NCBI GenBank assembly: GCA_964035575.1
Contig: OZ037845.1
Location: forward strand, 1,364,001 to 1,428,000
Reading direction: 5' to 3'
Source: Rhynchopus sp. YZ270_cl-10
Lineage: Eukaryota
Length of the DNA stretch: 64,000 nt
Part shown: in pieces, positions 58,062 through 64,000 of the stretch
Layout of the letters: each line of letters starts with the position of its first letter
How positions within the stretch are numbered: the first letter of the stretch is position 1
Translations under genes and position numbers: made by a program
The notes under the pieces: generated by a model
The model's input: only the letters and a program-made list of their open reading frames with translations
Told to the model about the DNA's origin: nothing
Databases searched by the model: none

Positions 58062-59804
58062 ATGAGGGTACTGGTTGTGGCTTTGTTGTTGATGGTGAGG
58101 GAGACGAGGTGCAGGTCTTTTCGGTACACTGCACTTGGTGACTTCGGCACGGGGGCATACGATGCAGGGCAGTTTCAGGAGGTGCTTAACGCTGATGCCT
58201 TCCACGCAACCTCTGACGAGCTGGACTCCCAATTCACCTTGAGTGTTGGCGACAACATCTATGTCGGCAACACACAACAGGGAATCAAAGAATCCTTTGA
58301 AAATATGTGGGCCAAGCCTGGAGCACACCACGGAGGGCCCTGGCTGATGTGTGTCGGCAACCACGACAACGTGGGCACCCAAATCGCATACACAAAGAGC
58401 AACAAAGACTGGGTCTTCCCCGCCGCATTCTTCACAAAAACGTTTGAAACGGACCTCAACTTCTCGGTGCAGGTCTGGTCGATTAATACCCACAGCTTTG
58501 ACGGTGGACAGATGAATTGGCTGACCTCCTCTCTCGAGAAGAGTACTGCACGCTGGAAGATCTTCTTCACGCACTACCCATGGATCAGCAGTGGCCGTCA
58601 TAAGCGTGTACCCTCCCCGGTTTCTGTTGCACAGATTGCCAAGAAATACAATGTCCAGGTTGTGTTCAATGGGCACGACCATTTGGTGCAGTCTCTCGTC
58701 TCTGAAGGTGTAGCCTTCGTTGGAACCGGCGCTGTCGCCCGCGGTGCCATGCTCAACAGGAATATCGAAAAGGATAAGACCGACTTCCTCTGGGCCTTTG
58801 GTATTGGCTATCACGTAGGCTACCATGGTATCGTTCACGTCGCGTTGACGCACAACGTTATGTGGGGCATGCTTTACCACCACGAAAACCTTGTACACGA
58901 ATTTACCACAGTCCACGATTACCCCATGCGTTACAAAGACGTTGGAGGGGAACCGAAGGACACAACCTTCCCACCTCCCGACACAATTCTGAAGTACCTC
59001 AACCTCGAAGCTGATACAACAAAAGAACCAACCACCTCTGGGGCAGAACCAGCCACACCACGTACACCAGAGACTCCTACACCGACAATAGGAGGCAACA
59101 CTACGCTCGCAACAAAGGAGGACGTCAAGGCAGAGAACGACAAGCGCCTTCTCGCTACACCATCAGAAATCATTGAAACAAAAGCAAAGAGCAAGCTCAC
59201 CTATGTAGTGTCAACCACCTGCAGGAAATGCCGTGGCCCCTCTGTGAACCGCAACAGCACCCTATGGGTGCAGGGTGTAACGTACACCAATGCGCACCGC
59301 GTCTTCATTTCGTACAGTGCGTTTGACTGTACAAAGGAGGGGGCAGAAAGGGGGAGAGTGTTTGGAACTGGGTTGTACACCCCAACTACTCCTGTCATTA
59401 CGTTCCGTCCGGTGGGGGAGATTCCGGGTGGTGTTGCATCTATTCCGGCGACAGTGTGTTTCTCTGAGGACAATGGTGAGACGTTCTCTACGTTGCTCCA
59501 CGCAGCAACCGGGTTGAATTCTTTTGAGCTGTTCGCCACACCCTCAGCCGAGGAGAACGATGAGGCAGAGCTGGAGGCCTCCCTAAAAGGTGATAAGGTG
59601 GAACGTAAAGTACGTGCGAAAACCCGTTTCATCACCCTCCGCAGTGGAAGTGAGGGCATTCCGTCCAGTTGGTTCTACATTTTGGCGGCGGTTGCGGCGA
59701 TGGCGATTCCGCTTGCATGGTATGTGATTTTGAAAACACAACACAACAAAAACAAAATTCCCAAAACCCAACAGGATGCGCGGAAAGCAGAGTGTCGCCG
59801 GTAA
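58062..59804 (+). CDS. Purple/tartrate-resistant acid phosphatase-like metallophosphoesterase with signal peptide, Pro/Thr linker, extra domain and C-terminal TM helix
   Basis: GDFG, GDNIY, GNHD, HYP, GHDH motifs; MRVLVVALLL leader; WFYILAAVAAMAIPLAWYVIL. Confidence 0.88.
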   Translation: MRVLVVALLLMVRETRCRSFRYTALGDFGTGAYDAGQFQEVLNADAFHATSDELDSQFTLSVGDNIYVGNTQQGIKESFENMWAKPGAHHGGPWLMCVGNHDNVGTQIAYTKSNKDWVFPAAFFTKTFETDLNFSVQVWSINTHSFDGGQMNWLTSSLEKSTARWKIFFTHYPWISSGRHKRVPSPVSVAQIAKKYNVQVVFNGHDHLVQSLVSEGVAFVGTGAVARGAMLNRNIEKDKTDFLWAFGIGYHVGYHGIVHVALTHNVMWGMLYHHENLVHEFTTVHDYPMRYKDVGGEPKDTTFPPPDTILKYLNLEADTTKEPTTSGAEPATPRTPETPTPTIGGNTTLATKEDVKAENDKRLLATPSEIIETKAKSKLTYVVSTTCRKCRGPSVNRNSTLWVQGVTYTNAHRVFISYSAFDCTKEGAERGRVFGTGLYTPTTPVITFRPVGEIPGGVASIPATVCFSEDNGETFSTLLHAATGLNSFELFATPSAEENDEAELEASLKGDKVERKVRAKTRFITLRSGSEGIPSSWFYILAAVAAMAIPLAWYVILKTQHNKNKIPKTQQDARKAECRR

Positions 59805-60943
59805 ACGCGGATCCCTCCCCAAGTAATCTCCCGAAAAAAAGGGGGTATATGGGGAAGGGGTGTTATTTCTTTGGGTGGGTATTAGTTTAACTAAAACTAC
59901 GGTTGCTTTTTTTCCCTCTCCATTTTTTTTTTTCTTTTGGTTTGTTATTTTGTGTAAGATGTACGGCCTGTTTCAAAAGGCTTGTTTTTCAAGAGAATGG
60001 GTATCAACGCTCGTTTTAATGTTATTCTTCCTCCTACTGTAGCGCACCATCTCTTTGTGAGTATCCACAGGTGGGGCAAACCGACCCTCTCTTAGTGATT
60101 AACACCGCGCATGGAGGGACTACAGTGGTGTGTCAAAGGGAAGGAATAGGGCCACGAGAGTAGATTTTTCAGATAGATTTGGTAATTTGAGGGAAAATGT
60201 GGGTCCCTTTTTTGTAATTTTTTGTTGAATCCGGGGAAGGGTTTAGCTTTTTTCTTTTTGCACCCGGAAAACTTCACAGCTTTAAATAATCGTTTCCCCC
60301 CACCCCTTCCTCTTGATATTCGCTTTTTCTAAAGATGTGAACGTCAAAGGAGAAGCTCGCATTATGCAGATGTTTCTTTGCTCTTCCTCGCTTTTGTTAC
60401 TCCCCCTAAATTGCGTAAAAAAATTAGAAACCCAATTTCAAAAAATTGACAGTGGAGATTGCACAACTGTGGCAACACTACCGAGGCAACTACACTACCT
60501 CCATTAATTTATCAAAAAAACAAGTAACGCAGCGTACAGAAGAAAGATGAGGCGTGTAATTTTGCTTCAGATATCCCAAATTTCCCTCGATCCCTGCCAC
60601 AAAAAATTAAAAAAACTGGCCTCGTTTCAAGAGAGCGCAAAAAAATAAAAAAAATCCCTCCACTTTCCAATGCTAACACAAAAAAAAAAAAACCACGAGA
60701 ACCAAAAAACTGAAAGATTAAAATAAGAAAAAGGTCGTGACCATCCCCCCCCCCTCCTCTTATCATTTTAGAAAAAAAAACGCCGATTTTGTGACCGCTA
60801 TGATGAAGCGTTGTTTAATTCACCAGTTGTATTCCTCTTGTTCATATCAACGTTCCAAGTTGGTACTCTTCATTGTAAAGATGCTTTTCACTCCACGCTT
60901 TTCACCCCTCAATCAAAAGGTATTTTGAATTTTTCAAAAAAAA

Positions 60944-63595
60944 ATGCTTCCATCATTGCCTAATACGATGTTCCCAAAACGGAAGCATCGTCGTCCGTTT
61001 AGTAATAATGTGAAGCGGGAGAGACGGCGGAGGGTGGACCTTGCAAGCACACAGGGTACTTCTGAGGGAGCCTATGTGAGTTCCGTGGGCCAAGCGGATG
61101 TAGGGTCTTGGGAGGTGATTAGAGAGGCAACTGCTGCAGGCGACGATACCGCAGAGCGTGTTCAGGTGCAGTCGTGGCTGGATTCGTTTCGGATTGAAAA
61201 GAATTTTTATAGTTCTATGACAGCCTGCGCTGAGCTATTTTATGCAAAGGTACTGTCTGCTACTGAACATCTGCAAGAACCGAACCTGCTGCGCACCGCG
61301 TCGTGTATGATGCTTATAGAACAGATCATTTGTCTCTTTGGACGTTACAAACCTCTCATGGTTTCGCTTTGCAACCATCTATATGCCGCTATTTTTGTGA
61401 AGGAAGAAGGCTTCGAGGACACCCCGCAGGATATGGACGAAGGATTGGAACAGATTTTGTCGAAAAAATATATCAAAAAGACGTATTTTGGGGTCTACAC
61501 TGAGCTGTTAAAACGGTACAATAAATTGGTCGAGAAGACAGCGAATACAGAACGATCTTTGGAGGTCATTTCTGCGGTTTTGGAGCGCGCTATAACCCTA
61601 TGGCAGAAGAAGTGGATTGGGGATGTGTTTCGGCAGTGGAGAGATCAGAGGCAGAGGAGACGGACATATTTGAAAAGAGTTGCAGAGGGGTTTGCGGCGA
61701 ATATTGCAATGGTAAAGAAAAAGCGTGCCATACGCAACTGGGTCGCAATGGACGAATACGAGCAAAAGCGTCTCAACGAAGAAGGCAAAACCAAAGCCGG
61801 TAGTCTAGTAGAAAAGCTCCAAAATGAAAGAGAAACGCTCCTCGACGAGCTCGAATCGCTACGCCGTATCGTGGAAGCGAAGGATATCAAAATTAACATT
61901 ATTCTCTCCGAAAACAAAAGCCTAAAAATCGAAAAAAAACGGGTCCTCGAACGTTGCATCGAATGGCAACGCCAAGCCGCAAGGCTTTCCTCTATTGTCT
62001 CGAACACTAGCCAGGAGCTTTGCTCTGCGCATTTTGATTGGTTAGCACGTAAGCGCGTTGAGAATTTGGTTCATCTCCCTGGCGCGGGGTGTGAGTTTCT
62101 TGTGCAATGGGCGAAGGAGCTTATTGCTCGATATTGTGAGGACAATACGTGTCGCGACTTTTTGTTTGAGGCGCCTACAGGGAAGCCCTATTTGTACCTT
62201 CTCCGGTCTGTCGCGCCTTCGCATTGTTCTGAAGTATGGTTGATCCGGAATCTGTCTGAATCAGACCCGCATAAGCGTTGTGCTGCGGTTATCTCGCTTG
62301 CGAAGAAGCTTGGGGTGCACACCGCAATTCTTCCCGAAGATCTGTTGTCTGCGTCTCTTCAGTTTAATTACATATTTCTTGCGCAGATTTTCCGTCGTTT
62401 TGCACAACCCGAACTAGGCGCAGAAAGCTACCCACGCCTCTGGTGTGACGCAACCTTCAATAAGCATATGACCGAAGAGAAACGTCATGAATCACCCGAA
62501 ACCATTCAACCAGATGAATGGCAGCAACGTCTTGAAGCGCATCGACTGCAAAATCAAATGTGGAGGATGAAACTATCTCAGGTCACCATGACGTTGGAAG
62601 CGGAAATCACCGAATCACTTCGCCACGATTCCAAAAAAACCACCGTCTCCAGCGAAGAGGAGCAGACCAAGCTTGCACAGTTCTATGACCTACCTATAGT
62701 TTCATACGCTGATTTGTTAACCGCGCTTAGTGGCGACGCGAAGACAAAGGATGTTCACGTGGACGTCATCAGATGCCTCCGTCTCCAGGTCCGCAACATC
62801 CGTAATGTGTACAAATTCTATAGTGCACGCGATGTCTACATACCTTCCCTCGACGAAGAAACCGACCCCATCCAACGCCTCAGCAACGCCCAATTCCAGA
62901 TTTTCTGCGAAGATTGCAACATCCCCCCAGGGCTCATCCCCGACCCCGCTGCGATGAGCTCCCGTTTAGAACAAAACTCTTTAATGCAAGAACGGGATGC
63001 AAAAACAGACTATCTGGTAGGACCCGCAGAGTTTTCTTTGGTGCTGGTCTACATCGCGTTTAAGATGTACGACGATGAAGAATTTGTAGACCGGGTGAGG
63101 AAGTTCATAGCCGAGGTTGTGGTGCCTAATGCGCAGGCATCTTCGTTGGATACGTTTCGGAATGACGTTGCGGACCAAGAGGTGCAGTCTGTGTTTCATA
63201 CGTTTTGGGTGCCTTTGAAGCGGATCTTCGCAAAATACTCAATGAAGGAAGAGCAGCAACGGTTGGCCCCAAAGTCGCCAAGAGGTGTGTCACGTTCCCG
63301 TTCAACGCAAAACCTCGCGGTACCCGAACCCAAAGACTCTATGTCCTTCGAGCTCTGGGAAGACTTCGTGCGTGACTACGACCTCTTCGACGGCCTCCTC
63401 GACAGTAGCGCTGTGCTGTTGACCTTCCACAACGTGCAGGACGACTCAGAAGACGGTTCCTCAACCATGCTCGACTACGGGGAGTGGACGGATGCGCTAG
63501 TCGCAATAGCGATATTCAAAAACCCAAGTCCCTTCGAACCACTCTCCACACGAGTAAACCGCTTTTTGCGAACGACTCTACGATTAAAGTTGTAG
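60944..63595 (+). CDS. 883-aa protein with coiled coil, calponin-homology-like segment and EF-hand-like C-terminus (possibly cytoskeletal or flagellar)
   Basis: Long ORF; LVQW...G..YLYLL..VAP...R...VI..A.KLG...I.PEDL......NYIFLAQIF (CH-like); LDYGEWTDALVAIA. Confidence 0.7.
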   Translation: MLPSLPNTMFPKRKHRRPFSNNVKRERRRRVDLASTQGTSEGAYVSSVGQADVGSWEVIREATAAGDDTAERVQVQSWLDSFRIEKNFYSSMTACAELFYAKVLSATEHLQEPNLLRTASCMMLIEQIICLFGRYKPLMVSLCNHLYAAIFVKEEGFEDTPQDMDEGLEQILSKKYIKKTYFGVYTELLKRYNKLVEKTANTERSLEVISAVLERAITLWQKKWIGDVFRQWRDQRQRRRTYLKRVAEGFAANIAMVKKKRAIRNWVAMDEYEQKRLNEEGKTKAGSLVEKLQNERETLLDELESLRRIVEAKDIKINIILSENKSLKIEKKRVLERCIEWQRQAARLSSIVSNTSQELCSAHFDWLARKRVENLVHLPGAGCEFLVQWAKELIARYCEDNTCRDFLFEAPTGKPYLYLLRSVAPSHCSEVWLIRNLSESDPHKRCAAVISLAKKLGVHTAILPEDLLSASLQFNYIFLAQIFRRFAQPELGAESYPRLWCDATFNKHMTEEKRHESPETIQPDEWQQRLEAHRLQNQMWRMKLSQVTMTLEAEITESLRHDSKKTTVSSEEEQTKLAQFYDLPIVSYADLLTALSGDAKTKDVHVDVIRCLRLQVRNIRNVYKFYSARDVYIPSLDEETDPIQRLSNAQFQIFCEDCNIPPGLIPDPAAMSSRLEQNSLMQERDAKTDYLVGPAEFSLVLVYIAFKMYDDEEFVDRVRKFIAEVVVPNAQASSLDTFRNDVADQEVQSVFHTFWVPLKRIFAKYSMKEEQQRLAPKSPRGVSRSRSTQNLAVPEPKDSMSFELWEDFVRDYDLFDGLLDSSAVLLTFHNVQDDSEDGSSTMLDYGEWTDALVAIAIFKNPSPFEPLSTRVNRFLRTTLRLKL

Positions 63596-63823
63596 AAAAA
63601 AAAACTGTGTTTCCACACAGATAGTATTGCTCCAAATAGAAAAACGTGGCACGCTTTTTATCAAAAGATGTGCAACAGATTACCATTTTTTTGGGGTCGA
63701 TAAGAGAAGGGTGTCATTGTCGCAATTAGAAGTATAAAAGTGGATGTTGTGTCTTTTTATGTCTTACGTTTCCCCTCGCCCCTTAATCCGCATCACAGAG
63801 CCCCTTATTTTTACACAACACAA

Positions 63824-63928
63824 ATGAGTCACACAATTCTGCTCTGCCAGCCAAGCACACAGAACAGCAGTCGTATATACTCTGATTATGAGACAGTGGA
63901 AGAGGCGTTGGATGGCGTGTGCAAAATG
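63824..63928 (+). CDS. ERH: Enhancer of rudimentary homolog, first exon (gene runs off the window)
   Basis: MSHTILLCQPSTQNSSRIYSDYETVEEALDGVCKM matches the ERH N-terminus; GTATGG donor at 63929; absent from the ORF track. Confidence 0.9.
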
Positions 63929-64000
63929 GTATGGAATTATACGCTTTTGTCTTTGCACAACATTTCTCCCCCTATTCATGATCACAACCGAGCTGCGTTT

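Noticed and set aside
57813..58916. 367-aa minus-strand ORF and similar antisense ORFs over real genes
   Set aside because: Shadow frames of + strand CDSs with no motifs

Overview
Eukaryotic nuclear DNA from a protist. A euglenozoan/diplonemid-like host is inferred only from the mostly intronless, all + strand genes, pyrimidine/AG tracts before ATGs and rare GTATG..CAG introns. Three gene islands (1-5.2 kb, 32.4-37.5 kb, 58-64 kb) encode an unknown 536-aa protein, a UPF0415/C7orf25-like protein, a SpoU/TrmH methyltransferase with an inserted dsRBD, a YjjX-type ITPase/XTPase, a DENN-domain protein, a membrane-anchored purple acid phosphatase, an 883-aa coiled-coil/CH-like protein and exon 1 of ERH. 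They are separated by dense nests of mobile DNA. The main finding is two related tyrosine-recombinase (YR)-type retrotransposons with split direct repeats (A1...B1-A2-B2) and a shared TCAACGAAAAA core. One is decayed (16495-20147). The other (49464-53718, minus) is young, encodes only an intact RT-RNaseH (WVDN motif) with no recognisable Gag or recombinase, and carries a 13-unit array of covarying sense-strand hairpins. Its empty target site survives in the other arm of a 2-kb inverted duplication and shows strictly conservative integration. Also present: a spliced Crinkler/RHS-type NTPase-REase gene, a Crypton-like relic, TA-flanked GG...CC foldback/MITE families stacked end to end, TG..CA elements with 5-bp TSDs, a piggyBac-like MITE, GTAC-core satellites and a dispersed AG|GT-hairpin-polyY-AG motif with compensatory changes. 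All family assignments come from motif recognition by eye; no searches were run.
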